A DNA stretch of 64,000 bases from an uncultured Phycisphaerales bacterium (GCA_963844715.1 CAWJPJ010000008.1:224001-288000); one strand, 5' to 3'; counted from the stretch's first letter, positions 19,880 through 31,994 are shown. Notes: a model not told the origin generated them from the sequence alone. Made by a program: numbers and translations.

Positions 19880-20581
19880 ATGCGAGACAGGGTTCGGATT
19901 ATTCTGGCGGTGTTGCTGGCTGTGGTGATTGCGGGGGCGTTCTATTGGCTGTTGGGGACGGACCAGGGGCGGCAATATCTTGATCGGCAGCGATTGCATG
20001 AGATGGGGTTGCGGTTTGATCAGTGGGTTCGATTGCATCCTTTGCGGGCGCCGGCGGCGTTTGTGGGGGTTTATTTTTTGCTCGCGGTGCTGGCGATGCC
20101 TTTGTGGTGGCTTCAGATTTTGGGGGGATATGGATTTGGTCTTTACTTGGGCGTGCTGTGGTGCCAGATTGCTTCGGCGATCGCGGCGCCGGCGACGATT
20201 GGCATGTCGCGCACGCTGCTGGGGAAAGTTTTCCTGGCCAAGGCGGAATCGCGGCGGGCGGCGGTGGCGGCGCTGGCGGATAGTTTGGGGCACAATGGCT
20301 TTCTCGTTGTGATGGCGGTTCGGTTGATGCATGTGAATCCGTTTGGGCTCAGCAATTACGCGATGGGATTGACGCGAATTCGGGCTCGCGAGGCGGCGAT
20401 TGGGACGCTGCTGGGGAATATTCCGGCGGTGGCATTTTATGTGGGGGTGGGAGGCGGAATGCGGCCTTGGCGGAACTGGCACTTCATGGCGGGGCTGGCG
20501 GCGATCAATATTTTGTTGCTCATTCCGCTGGGGCTGCGATATTACAAGCCGCAATGGTTTCAGAAGATCGGCCTGGAATGA
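19880..20581 (+). CDS. TVP38/TMEM64 (VTT/DedA) family membrane protein
   Basis: GGYGFG, RL....PFGLSNYAMGLT, TLLGNIP. Confidence 0.85.
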   Translation: MRDRVRIILAVLLAVVIAGAFYWLLGTDQGRQYLDRQRLHEMGLRFDQWVRLHPLRAPAAFVGVYFLLAVLAMPLWWLQILGGYGFGLYLGVLWCQIASAIAAPATIGMSRTLLGKVFLAKAESRRAAVAALADSLGHNGFLVVMAVRLMHVNPFGLSNYAMGLTRIRAREAAIGTLLGNIPAVAFYVGVGGGMRPWRNWHFMAGLAAINILLLIPLGLRYYKPQWFQKIGLE

Positions 20582-21581
20582 CCGGGTATTGCTCGAGTGC
20601 GCGGTTTGCCGAGCACTTGACGGGTCCGCATCATCCGGAAAGACCGGATCGAATCCGCGCGATCGCGCGGGCGGTGCGTGAGGCGGGGCTTGTCGAATCG
20701 GCCGATCCGTTTCCGGAATTCGAAGTGAATTTGCAGTTGTCGCCGGTGGGCGGTTCAAAACTCGTGGAGATCGAACCTGCGGCGGCTTTGGAGGAGGATT
20801 TGCTGCGGGTGCATTTGCCTGCGCAAATTGAAACTGTGCGGCATGTGTCGAGCCAGGGGGGCGGGGTGCTGGATCAGGGGGATACGCCGATTGGGCCGCG
20901 GAGTTATGACGTCGCGTTGCTTTCGTGCGGGGCGGGGCTGCGATGCTGTGACGCGGTGATGGGCGGGAAAGTTTTGCGGGCGTTTTCGGCGGCGCGGCCG
21001 CCGGGGCATCATGCGGAGCCGGATCGGGCGATGGGGTTTTGTTTGTTCAACAATGTCGCCGTCGCGGCGCGGTATCTGCAGGCGCGAGCACGGGGTGAAG
21101 ACGGTCGCCATCGTCGATTTCGACGTGCATCATGGGAACGGGACGCAGGCGGCGTTTGAAGACGACCCAACGGTGCTTTTTATCAGCCTGCATCAACATC
21201 CCGGGACGTGCTATCCGGGGAGCGGGTATGAATGGGAAGTCGGCGAGGGGCCTGGGCGCGGAACGATATTGAATATTCCGCTGGAGCCGGGGGCGGGGGA
21301 TGAGGTTTATCTCGAGACGTTTCACCGAGCGGTACTGCCGAAGCTTGATTTGTTTAAGCCGGAGATGCTGCTGGTTTCGGCCGGGTTTGATGCGCATCAG
21401 GAAGATCCACTGGCGCACATGGATGTTACGGAGGAGGGGTTTTTTGAGATGACTGCGCTTGCTGGTGCAATCGGCGGAGGTTCATTGCGGGGGGCGGCTG
21501 GTTAGTGTGTTGGAAGGCGGATACAACCTGAGGGCGCTGGGACGCAGCGTGGTTCGGCATTTGGCGGCGATGAATACATAG
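20578..21581 (+). CDS. Histone deacetylase family protein (frameshifted)
   Basis: HPERPDR, RPPGHHA, GFCLFNN, DFDVHHGNGTQ, SAGFDAH, LEGGY. Confidence 0.93.
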
Positions 21582-21661
21582 TTGCCAGTTACCAGTTGCG
21601 AGTTGCCAGTCGATGCAGCTCTTCCACTGGCAACTCGCAACTAACAACTGGCAACTTTTTT
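21580..21661. repeat. 31-bp inverted pair of AGTTGCC heptamer arrays followed by T-run
   Basis: 21580..21610 vs 21626..21656, 28/31 complementary. Confidence 0.85.
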
Positions 21662-22649
21662 ATGCTAATTGTCGATGCGCATCTTGATCTGGCTTACAAC
21701 GCCGTGAAGGGACGGGAGGTGGCGTTGCCGGCTCGGGGGCGGCGGCCGGATGAGGATGGGGTTCCTAGCGTGAGTTTGCCGGATTTGTATGCGGGGGGGG
21801 TGAGGCTGCTGTGCGCGACGATCTTTTGCGAGCCGGGGTTTGAAAGTCCCACGGGGTATCACGATGAGGATGAGGCGCATGTGCAGGCGATCAAGCAACT
21901 GGATTGGTATCGGCGGCGGGACGAGTCGGGAACATTGAAACTCGTCCGGACGGCGGGGGAGATTCAGCCGGGGAAGAATATGCAGGCGGTGCTTTTGATG
22001 GAGGGGGCCGATCCGATTCGGGATGATCGGGATTTGCAGGAATTCTGGAATGACGGGTTGCGAATCGTGGGATTGGCGTGGAAGAAGACGCGGTTTGCCG
22101 GCGGGACGAAGATGCCGGGGCCGCTGACCGAGGCGGGGATCGAGCTGGTCAAAAAACTGGACCGGCTGGGGATGATTCACGATCTCTCGCACCTGGCGGA
22201 GCAATCGTTCTGGCAACTGTTGGAACTTTCGCAGGGGCCGGTGATGGCGTCGCATTCGAATTGCCGGGAGATCGTGCCGACGGATCGGCAGCTTTCGGAC
22301 AAGATGATCCGGGCGGTCGGCGAGCGCGGGGGGGTGATCGGGATCAACTTTTTCGACAAGTTTCTTTTGCCGCCGGATGAATGGGGGGGCCGGAAGGCGA
22401 AATTGACGGATGTGGTGGCGCATGTGAAGCATATGTGCCAGTTGCTGGGAGACGCGAGCCACGTGGGGTTGGGGACGGATATGGACGGCGGGTTTGGGCG
22501 GGAGGAGATTCCGCAGGAGATTGAGACATCGGCGGATTTGCCGCGGGTGGCGGATGCGCTGAACAAGGGCGGGTTTTCGGATACGGATATCGGGCGGATC
22601 ATGGCGCAGAATTGGATTGATTTTTTGCGCGAAATTGCCGCCGGGATAA
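21662..22649 (+). CDS. Membrane dipeptidase (peptidase M19)
   Basis: DAHLD, MEGAD, DLSHL, ASHSN, GLGTDMDG; stop inferred after frameshift (KLPPG*). Confidence 0.88.
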
Positions 22650-22681
22650 TTGGCGGCGTTTCAGTCAGGGGAGGCATCGAC

Positions 22682-23722
22682 ATGGAGAAACTACGCTGGT
22701 CGTGGATGGTCGTGTGGTTCATCGCGGCTTGCGCCGTGAGACTGCAAACCGCCGCTGGGCAAGAGGCGGGATATCGGCCGGCCGGGGCCGCTGGCGGTCA
22801 AGTCTGTTTTGCTCGATTGGACGGACGATCGCCGGGATCGCGATATTCCGGTCAAGATTTATTATCCCGACGTGACGGACGGCAGGTTTCCGGTAATTAT
22901 TTTTTCGCATGGGGTGGGCGGATCGCGGAACGGGTACGCATTTCTGGGGGAGTATTGGGCGAGCTTTGGGTATGTTTGCGTGCATATTCAGCATGTGGGG
23001 TCGGACGATACGATTTTGCAGGGTTTGCCGCCGGATGAAGTGGTCGCGGCGATGGCGCGGGCCACGGTGTCGCCGGAGAATATTATGAATCGGCCGCTGG
23101 ATGTTCGGTTCACGATCAGCAAGCTGGAAAAACTCAACAGGGATGATCCGCTTCTGAAAGGGAGGATGGATCTCGATCATATCGGAGTCGCGGGGCATTC
23201 GTTTGGGGCGTTTACGACGTTGGCGGTTGCCGGCGAGGTGTTTACATCGGCAAGCGGACGGGTGCACGATTGGTCTGACCCGCGCGTGAAGGCGGCGATC
23301 GCGATGAGCGAATCGGCGCCGCGCGATCCGGATTTGTGGGACGAGGCGTTCGCCAGGATTTCGATTCCGATGATGCATTTGGCCGGGACGCTGGACGTGA
23401 GCCCGGTGGGCGGATCCAGGGTGGAGGACCGGCGAGTGCCGTTCGACCACATTCCCGCGGTTGCGGATCAATATCTGATTATCTTGCAGGGCGGCGACCA
23501 TATGGTTTTTTCGGCGGCTCGCCGAGCGGGCCGCTGGCGGGCACGGGGAATCCTGCGATGGATCCGACGTTCCAGGTGATGATTCAGCAATCGACGACGG
23601 CGTTTTGGGATGCGTATCTTAAATCGGATGAGAAGGCCAAAACGTGGCTGGCCGGGGGCGCGTGCAAAACGATGCTGGGGGAAAATGGGGATCTGGAGAT
23701 CAAGCCGGCCAGGGGAAGATGA
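22682..23722 (+). CDS. Secreted alpha/beta hydrolase (PAF-AH/dienelactone hydrolase-like), frameshifted
   Basis: Signal peptide, FSHGVGG, GHSFG nucleophile elbow, GTLD, DHMVF. Confidence 0.85.
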
Positions 23723-23748
23723 GGAGGATAATTCAGCCGCGAACGTGG

Positions 23749-24261
23749 TTATTCTTCGACGAGTTTGGCGACCGCGCGGGCCGTGGCCATGGGGAGAAAC
23801 AGGTGCAAGGGCTGATCGAGCATTTCGACAAATCCGTATTTGAGATAAAAGGCTTTGGCGCGGTCGTGCAGGGCGATCACATCGACCGCGTAGACGCCCA
23901 GGTTGCTTGAGGCGACGGCGGCTTTTCGCAAAGCCTCGACGAGAAGAACTTCGCCGAGTTTTTTGCCTTGATATCTTAAATCGACGGCGAGGCGGCCGAG
24001 ATGAACGGTTGGAATCGGGTACTTGGGCAGGCGTTTCTTTGCGTGTTCGGGGATGACGTCGAAGCGCACGGAGCCGGTTGAAAGGGTGAAGTATCCGGCG
24101 ATCTCAGATTGCTCGCCCTGGGTTGCGACGAAGGTTCTGCCGAGGCCGGCTTTATGGTTATTTAGCGCATGGCGTTGGAGAAAGGAATTGAGGCTGGCTT
24201 CGCCGCAATCGAACGTGCCGACGTTGTGCGCGGAGGTTAGCGGCCGGATCGACCAGGGCAC
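23749..24261 (-). CDS. GNAT acetyltransferase toxin (TacT/AtaT-like)
   Basis: FDCG..SLN.FL, GYFTL, LGRLAVD..YQGK.LG, FY.KYGF. Confidence 0.9.
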   Translation of the reverse strand: MPWSIRPLTSAHNVGTFDCGEASLNSFLQRHALNNHKAGLGRTFVATQGEQSEIAGYFTLSTGSVRFDVIPEHAKKRLPKYPIPTVHLGRLAVDLRYQGKKLGEVLLVEALRKAAVASSNLGVYAVDVIALHDRAKAFYLKYGFVEMLDQPLHLFLPMATARAVAKLVEE

Positions 24262-24279
24262 CTATCGCTCCCATTTTTG

Positions 24280-24566
24280 CTATACGGCTCGCTTGCGGTG
24301 GCGTCTGGCGGCGCGCGCAAGGCGGGGTTCGGACGGGCGCCGGCGTCGAGCATGGCGAGAAAGCGATCACGATCTCGATTGGAAAGCTGTACGTGTTCGT
24401 GGCGCGAGCGATCGGCGAGAACTTTCCTGGCAGCCTCCGTCAGGGCTTCGGTTGCGAAATCCGTCAGGGAACGATTCTGAGCGACCGCAGCGCGCTCAAT
24501 TTCTGCTTTCCGGTCAGACGGAAGGCGGAATTCGATCCGGGCATCGCTATGCGGAACTGAACCCAT
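24280..24566 (-). CDS. DUF1778 RHH antitoxin (TacA-like)
   Basis: RIEFRL....K..IERAA......LTDF...AA, LS..D..RFL..LD...PN.AL; stop inferred after frameshift. Confidence 0.88.
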
Positions 24567-24593
24567 GATGGCTGTCCTAATAAGGAATTATAT

Positions 24594-24675
24594 GGATCGC
24601 AGATGGTTTTCGTGCCGGCCCCTCACCCTAACCCTCTCCCCGGGTACAGGGAGAGAGGATAAGAGAGTGCGCGGA
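24594..24675. repeat. CCCCTCACCC hairpin repeat, extended module
   Basis: Matches 5483..5564. Confidence 0.85.
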
Positions 24676-24792
24676 TATCATACATATTGTACGGCAAATT
24701 GCCACACAGAGTTTATTTAAAATTGCGCGACTATGCAAAACAAGGGCGGCCAGGTGGTCGCCCTGTCGTGCTATTGGATTAAACCGAACCGC

Positions 24793-27524
24793 TTATCTTC
24801 GGCCGTTGTGCTTGGCCTTGGTTTCGCCCATTAGGGCCGCGTGGGCGGCGGCTAGTCTGGCGATGGGGACTCGGTAGGGGGAGCAACTGACGTAGTCGAG
24901 GCCGACTTCGTGGCAGAAGTGGACGCTGCGCGGGTCGCCGCCGTGTTCGCCGCAGATGCCGCACTTGAGATCGGCGCGGGTGGCGCGGCCTTTTTGGACG
25001 GCCATGCGGACGAGTTGTCCTACGCCGCTGACATCGAGGCTTTGGAACGGGTCGCGCTCGAGGATTTCCTTGGAGAGGTAATCGGGGAGGAAGCTGTTGA
25101 TGTCGTCGCGGCTGAAGCCGAAGGTCATCTGGGTGAGGTCGTTGGTGCCGAAGCTGAAGAACTCGGCGGTTTGGGCCATTTCGTCGGCGGTGACGGCGGC
25201 GCGCGGGACCTCGATCATCGTGCCGTACAGGTACGGGACCTTGATGCCGGTCTCTTGCATGACGGCGGCGGCGGTTTCGGCGGTGATCTTCTTGCAGAAG
25301 TCGAGTTCTTTTTTGGTTCCGGCGAGGGGAATCATGATTTCGGGGAGAACCTTGGTGCCGGATTGCTTTACCTGGCAGGCGGCTTCGATGATGGCTCGGA
25401 CCTGCATTTCGAGGATTTCTGGATAGGTGATGGCGAGGCGGTCGCCGCGGTGGCCGAGCATGGGATTGGCCTCATGCAATTGGCTGACGCGGGTCTGGAC
25501 CTGCTGGAGGGTCAGGCCGAGGGAATCGGCGAGGCGCTGTTGCTCTTTTTCTTCGTGGGGGAGGAACTCATGCAGCGGCGGGTCCAAGAGGCGGATGGTG
25601 ACGGGCAAGCCGTGCATGGCCTGGAAGATTCCGACGAAGTCTTCGCGCTGATAGGGGAGCAGTTTCGCCAGCGCGATTTTGCGGGCGTCGACGGTGGTGG
25701 CGAGGATCATTTCGCGCATGTGATGGATGCGCTCCGGATCGAAGAACATGTGCTCGGTTCGGCACAGGCCGATGCCCTGGGCGCCGAAGTCGCGGGCGAT
25801 TTGGGCGTCGTTGGGGGTGTCGGCGTTGGTGCGGACGAGCAGTCGGCGATATTTGTCGGCCCATTTCATGATGATTGCGAAGGGGCCGCTCATCTGAGGA
25901 TCGACCGTGGGCATTTGGCCTTCGATGACTTCGCCGGTGGTTCCGTCGAGGGAGATGAAATCATTGGGGCCGTAGGTTTTTCCGGCGACGGTGAAGGTGC
26001 GGCCTTTGTCGTCGATGTGGATGGCGCCGGCGCCGGCGACGCAGCATTTTCCCCAGCCGCGGGCGACGACCGCCGCGTGGCTGGTCATGCCGCCGGTGCT
26101 GGTGAGAATTCCGACGGCGCTGTGCATGCCTTGCACGTCTTCGGGGCTGGTCTCCTTGCGGACGAGGAGGACGGCTTCGCCGGCTTGCGTGCGCTCGTGG
26201 GCTTCATTGGCGGTGAAGGCGGGTTTGCCTACGGCCGCGCCGGAGAGGCGGGCAAGTCCCTTGGCGATGACCATCCGCTCGGCGTTGGGATCAAACATGG
26301 GGTGCAGAAGCTGATCGAGACTGGCCGGATCGACTGCGCAGGACGGCGGTTTTTTCGTCGATCAATTTTTCCTTGACCATATCGACGGCGATCTTCACCG
26401 CGGCCACGGCATTGCGCTTGCCTGTGCGGGTCTGGAGCATGTAGAGCTTGCCTTTTTCGATGGTGAACTCGAAATCCTGCACGTCGCTGATAGCGCGTTT
26501 CGAGGGTGTCCTTGATCTTCAGCAATTCGCCCCAGCTTTTCTTGCTCCACTGGGTGCCCATTTCCTGGCAGTCGATGGGGGTGCGGATGCCGGCGACGAC
26601 GTCTTCGCCCTGGGCGTTGACGAGAAATTCGCCGAAGAATTTATTTTCGCCGGTGCTGGGATTGCGGGTGAAGGCGACGCCGGTGGCGCAGTCGTCGCCC
26701 ATGTTTCCGAAGACCATGGACTGGACGTTGACGGCGGTGCCGAGCAGGCCGTGGACGTCGTTGATCTGGCGGTACTTGATGGCCCGGTCGCCCATCCAGC
26801 TTCCGAAGACGGCCTTGATGGCGCCTTCGAGCTGATCCATGGGGTCCTGGGGGAAATCCTCGCCGACGTGATCGCGATAAACCTTTTTGTAACGCTGAAC
26901 GACTTCCTTGAGGTCATCGACGTTAAGCTGCGTGTCTTCCGAGACGCCTCGGGCTTGCTTGACCTGGCTGAGTTCATGTTCGAAATGTTCGTGATCGACG
27001 CCCATGACGGTGTCGCCGTACATGTTGATGAGCCGGCGATAGCTGTCGTAGGCGAAGCGCGGATTGTTGGTGAGATGCGCCATGCCTTCGACGACCTTGT
27101 CGTTCATGCCGATGTTGAGGACGGTGTCCATCATGCCGGGCATGGAGACTTTCGCGCCGGATCGGCCGGCGACGAGCAGTGGGTTCTTCGGATCGCCGAA
27201 TTTTTTTCCGGTGGCTTTTTCGACTCGGCACAGATGTTGTTCGACTTCCTGCATGAGGCCCTTGGGAAGTTTTTGGCCGAGGTCGTTGTAGTCCTTGCAG
27301 GTTTGGGTGGTGATGGTGAAACCGGGGGGGACGGGAAGACCCATGTTGGTCATGTCGGCGAGATTTGCGCCTTTTCCGCCGAGGAGATCTTTCATCCCCA
27401 TGTTTCCTTCAGCGCGTCCGCCACCGAAGAAATAGACGCGTTTGATTTTTTGGGAAGGTGGCGATGATTTCGCTGGGCGTTTGGAACGAGATTTGGAACG
27501 AGATTTGGTCATTAGTTTTGGCAT
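24793..27524 (-). CDS. ppdK: Pyruvate, phosphate dikinase (frameshifted)
   Basis: [68 protein letters not shown]. Confidence 0.96.
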
Positions 27525-27526
27525 TT

Positions 27527-29071
27527 TTAATATCTCCGTTTGGGAAGAAAAAAACTCCGCGAACGAACGAGCGCAGTATAGAAGTGGGGTTTATCAGTGT
27601 CAATTTTGCAAAGGGCGAGAGCGCTGTTTTCCAGCGATTTTGTGGGGGTTTTGGGCGATATCAGGGAATGGGCGGCGGGGGGGTTGTTTCCAGGAGCGGG
27701 GCGCGCTTGTGAGACTGATTCTCGACGCAGAACGCGAAGGGTATACCAGGGGAGCCAGATCGCGCATCGCCCCGTCACGGCGACGATCGTTCCAAAGACA
27801 ATTCCTGGGAGTCCCAATTTTCCATATCGGACAAAACAATAACTTAATATGACATTGGCGATGCCGCCGACGAGAACGGAGGCGGTGAAGACGCGCACTT
27901 TTCCAATCGCCAGGAGAATGGATCGACCGACGGCGCTGGTGCCGCCGATGACGGTATGGACGAGAACGAATGGAAGAATGGCGCAAGTGGCGGGGAGCGG
28001 GCCGCCGAGCCATTGCGTGAACAGGAACGGCGCGGCCAGCCACATGATGGGTGCGGCGACGAGAAGGAGGACGGCGGTGGCGAGGGTTCCGCGGACATAA
28101 TAGCGGCGGACGGTTGCGATGTTGCCCGCCGCGTGAGCCAGGGCGGTGCGCGGGAGGAGGACGGATGCGAGGGCGGAGACGAGGAGGAGCATTCCGCCGT
28201 CGATCTGGACGGCGGGGGTGTAGTCGCCGACGGTTTGCCAGCCGATCAGGCGGGTGATCAGAATGTTATTGGTTGGGGCGTAGAGATAATCGGCCATCTG
28301 CGCGGCCACGACCATGCCTCCGAAGGTGAGCAATCTCCAGGCGAGATTCGCCTTGACGCGGGTCCACCAGCGATCGAATACGCCGCTGCCATACCGATGG
28401 GAGAAGACGGACCGCAAAGTCAGCAGGAGGATTGACCCGGCAACGAGGGCGAACCCCGTCGCGCGCTGCCAGGGCAAATGCAAAACCCGGATATCGAAGG
28501 CTGTGCCGGCCGTCCAGACCACTTCGTGGAGGGTGAGGAGCAGATTGTCGACGAAGATTTTTCCGCAGGTTTGCAGGGCGGCGCCGGGGGCGTCGCTGGC
28601 CATTCGAAAGAGGGTTCCCATACCGACGAGGAACATCAGCTCGACAGCGACGCCACCGCTTTCCACGTTGGTGTGCGAGGATCTGAAACTGGCGAGGAAA
28701 ATGACCAGGAAGATCGCTCCGCAGAGGGAGGTGAGCATCGCCATGGCAAAACCGCTGGCGTAAACCGCCTGCACGGCGGGGGTGCGAATGGCGCGAAGGA
28801 GATGATCGTCATGGGGGAGGGATGTGTCGTGCAGAAGGTCGCCGGTGGAGTGCATGGCTTCGGCGGTCATGCGGATGATCGCGGGGCTGAGGCCGATGGC
28901 GGCGTATTCGAGAATTCCGACGGTGGATTGGACGAGCCCAAGTAAGGCGAAGGCGGTTTTTCCGGCGACGCGATAGACGATGGCGGTCACCACAATCCAC
29001 GCGAAGACGCGTGTGAGGGTGACGACGTAAGCGGAGATGATGTCGCGTCGAAGCGTGGAGGCGGTTGCCAC
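27527..29071 (-). CDS. MOP-superfamily polysaccharide flippase-like membrane protein
   Basis: ~12 TM helices, Wzx/MATE-like pattern; C-terminal tail may be frameshift-extended. Confidence 0.75.
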   Translation of the reverse strand: MATASTLRRDIISAYVVTLTRVFAWIVVTAIVYRVAGKTAFALLGLVQSTVGILEYAAIGLSPAIIRMTAEAMHSTGDLLHDTSLPHDDHLLRAIRTPAVQAVYASGFAMAMLTSLCGAIFLVIFLASFRSSHTNVESGGVAVELMFLVGMGTLFRMASDAPGAALQTCGKIFVDNLLLTLHEVVWTAGTAFDIRVLHLPWQRATGFALVAGSILLLTLRSVFSHRYGSGVFDRWWTRVKANLAWRLLTFGGMVVAAQMADYLYAPTNNILITRLIGWQTVGDYTPAVQIDGGMLLLVSALASVLLPRTALAHAAGNIATVRRYYVRGTLATAVLLLVAAPIMWLAAPFLFTQWLGGPLPATCAILPFVLVHTVIGGTSAVGRSILLAIGKVRVFTASVLVGGIANVILSYCFVRYGKLGLPGIVFGTIVAVTGRCAIWLPWYTLRVLRRESVSQARPAPGNNPPAAHSLISPKTPTKSLENSALALCKIDTDKPHFYTALVRSRSFFLPKRRY

Positions 29072-29092
29072 AGGGCGGGATACTATAGCGGT

Positions 29093-30516
29093 TCAGGCGG
29101 CGATAGGCATGGGCGCCGCGCCGCGAACGGCGGCGGTGAGATCGCCGGCCCGCAGCGGGCGGGTGGCCCGGCGAATCAGCAGGGCGGCGGCGAGCGCCAC
29201 GAGGGGCACGATCGGCTGGACGCGCGTATGTCCGCCGATCAGGGCGCCGAATTCGAGCATCACGAACAGAAAGATCGCCAGGCGCGGCATCCAGCGGTCT
29301 TCCCAGGGAAGCTCGTCAAATCTAACGCTGCCGGTTCGGATGCGGTCGGCCGCGTAGAGCACCGCGCCGACGCTGATTAGAAGGAGATCGTAATCAAAAT
29401 AAAACGGCATCAGGAGGGGCATCGAAACGATGGTCGCGGCGATGAGGCGATCCGTGCGCGCGGCCGATCGGGGTTGCTTGAGCGTGTAGGCGATCGCGGC
29501 GAGGAGGGCGCCGGCGAATACGGCCTCGCAAATGCCCCAGAGGACCAGAACGATGGGGGCAGTCGGTCCTTCAGCGTGGCCCTGGAACAGAAGCCGCCAG
29601 AATCCCTTGAAGGTGATGTGGCGTCCCCACATGTAATGATTCTCTTCGAGCATCCAATGAAGATTTAGGGGCATGTGATAGGCGAACTCGCGCAAGGTGC
29701 CGGGTAATGTCAGGACGTTGACGATGACCAGCGCGGTCCCGACCAGCGTGACGCCCAGAATCGCGCGGCGGCCCTGGGAGACGCAAAGCACCAATGCGAC
29801 GATCGCGCCCAGTTGCGGCTTATAGAAAAGCAGGCCGCAAACGACTCCGGCCAGAAACGACTCGCGCGCCCGCCAGAGGGTGACCACGACGGTCAGCAGG
29901 AACAATGAGAAAAATGTGTTTTGTCCGTGGCTGAAGGCCTGGAAAAACGGCAGGGTCGTCGTCATCAGGAGGGGAATGAGCGCCTTGTTCTTCCATCCGC
30001 CGGGCAACATTCGCATCAGTAATATGATTGAGCCGGCCAGGCAGAGGCCTCCGAAGCACCACCAGGTCAGAGCGCCTTCGGATAAGGGAGCGCCGCGAAG
30101 GGCGCGAACAGCCAAGCCGCGAAGGGGGGGTTCCACCACGGGCCGAAGGAATCGCCCAATTCCAGATTCGCGCCGAGTCCGGTCGTGCGTTCAAATTTTT
30201 TGGTGTATTCAAGATCGTAAAGGCGCTCGTAATGCCCGGTCCGGGCGCAGGTGCCGGCGAAATAAAAGGCGAGGAAATCGTGGCCAAGCATGCGGCGGGT
30301 GACCGCCTTGTTCTCGGGGACGAAGAAGTTGCCAATGACGAAGGTCAACGCCGCCATGAAGATCAGTCCGCCGGCTTTCCAGAATGTTTTGCGAGTCGGG
30401 GGAGTGGAGATTCGGCGCCAGATGCGGGCTCTCAAACTTGGTTTGGGCGGCGCCCCTTCGGGCGGCCGCGCTGGGGCGGAATGGGGCTCGTCGTGGCCGG
30501 CGTAGGCAACTTCCAT
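29093..30516 (-). CDS. GT87 (DUF2029) family glycosyltransferase (frameshifted)
   Basis: GHDFLAFY, PP, GQN, YKPQL, YDLLL across ORFs 30067..30642 and 29093..30139. Confidence 0.82.
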
Positions 30517-30583
30517 GGGCACAAGAGATATCGGCCCGAATCGGCAGCGCACTTGCCACGGCGACAAAACGCGAGATTGCCCC

Positions 30584-30933
30584 TTATCGGACGGGTGATT
30601 CCTGCGCGGTTGGTTTCGCGGCAGGCTCGAGCGCGGCGGCAATATCGGCGATGCGGATCGGCCATTTTCGCGGGTGAGGCTCGACCACGGTCAGGACCTG
30701 CTCCATGGTGTGCACGGCGTCGGAAAGATGATTTCGCTCGGATTGCAGGCGCACCGCCTGGGCGGCATCGTCGTACAGGCGAACGAGAGCGCTCGCCGGC
30801 GCAGGAGGCGGGCGAGCAGTCCGATATCGCCATCGGCGGCATCAACGACCGAATAACCAGCCGATCCGAGATGTCCACCCAGTAAATTCAGTTGCAGTGA
30901 ATCATCATCGACGAGAAGCACTTGCGATGACAT
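30584..30933 (-). pseudogene. Internally deleted receiver-domain gene remnant
   Basis: VLLVDDD..VVDAADG jumps to LLARL; alternate frame continues LVRLYDDAAQAVRLQSERNHLSDAVHTMEQVL. Confidence 0.6.
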
Positions 30934-30971
30934 GGGTTCCGGGACGGCGTTATAGCCCGAAGATCGTTAGA

Positions 30972-31070
30972 AATGGGGTGCACCTTTAACATGGCTAGCT
31001 ATCTGATTTTCAACTGTTAATTCACTTGCGATAGTGCGACAGCTAATCGCGAGCTAATGGGGTGCACCTT
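30972..31070. promoter_or_regulatory. Two perfect 15-bp direct repeats AATGGGGTGCACCTT, putative regulator sites
   Basis: Copies at 30972..30986 and 31056..31070 in AT-rich divergent region; contain palindrome GGTGCACC. Confidence 0.55.
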
Positions 31071-31391
31071 ATTAATGATTAGTATGCAAACAATAACCTA
31101 ACGCCAGGGCGGGGAGTGGCAAAAGAGCGCGAAGCGACGGGGGATTATCGGCCCCGTATGACGCAATGGGCCACCGCAATTTGCGACCTTGCATCCTTAT
31201 CCACAGATTGAGGCGGGCCGATACAGAACTAGTCGTCATTGCCGGAATATCCCGCACGATGCGACTGTTGGAGGGTTTTTGCAGGCGGCGCGGCGCGTGC
31301 TCTGGGGAAACAACGTCCCCGGGCTTGAGCCGCGCTGGCGGGAATTTTCTGCCAAGGGTTGATTGCCAGAGGTGCAAAGCTCCGGTGTGGA

Positions 31392-31952
31392 ATGAATAGG
31401 TCGCTCGTAGGGAAATTCATGCAATTCGCATGGATCGCTCTGGCCGTCGTGCTGGGCGCCAGCCGGAGTCTGCGCACCGACGAGCCGAGCCGCGAATATC
31501 AAGTCAAGGCCGCTTTTGTCTACAACTTCGCACTTTTCACGGAATGGCCGGACCGTGCGTTCACGGACAAGGACAGTCCGTTCGTGGTCGCCGTGATCGG
31601 AGCCGATCCATTCGGGAGTTTCCTTCAGCAGACTCTTCAGAACAAGACGATTGCGGGGCGGCCCGTTATTTTGCGACACTTCGATTCACCGGATCAGATC
31701 ACCGGGTGTCAACTCTTGTTCGTGCCCGCGGCGGAGGACGATCATTTGGATGACATATTCAAACAGGTCGCCGATCAACCGATATTGACGATTGGGGAGA
31801 CCGACAAATTTCTGGACGCGGGCGGAACGATTCGGTTTCTGCTCGAGGACGGAAAGATTCGATTCGAGATCAGCCCGGACTCGGCGGCCAGAGCGGGTCT
31901 GCGGATCAGTTCGAAACTGTTGAGCCTGGCGAAGATTTACCAGAAGCAATAG
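31392..31952 (+). CDS. YfiR family (DUF4154) periplasmic protein
   Basis: EYQVKAAFVYNFALFTEWP, ILTIGE, RFEI...A...GLRISSKLL.LA. Confidence 0.92.
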   Translation: MNRSLVGKFMQFAWIALAVVLGASRSLRTDEPSREYQVKAAFVYNFALFTEWPDRAFTDKDSPFVVAVIGADPFGSFLQQTLQNKTIAGRPVILRHFDSPDQITGCQLLFVPAAEDDHLDDIFKQVADQPILTIGETDKFLDAGGTIRFLLEDGKIRFEISPDSAARAGLRISSKLLSLAKIYQKQ

Positions 31953-31994
31953 CAGCCGATTGGTTTGGCGGCCGGAAAAAGCAAAGTATTTATT

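Noticed and set aside
21596..23038. Dipeptidase-hydrolase fusion
   Set aside because: A frameshift near 22630 bypasses the stop; the hydrolase has its own GGAGG and ATG at 22682.
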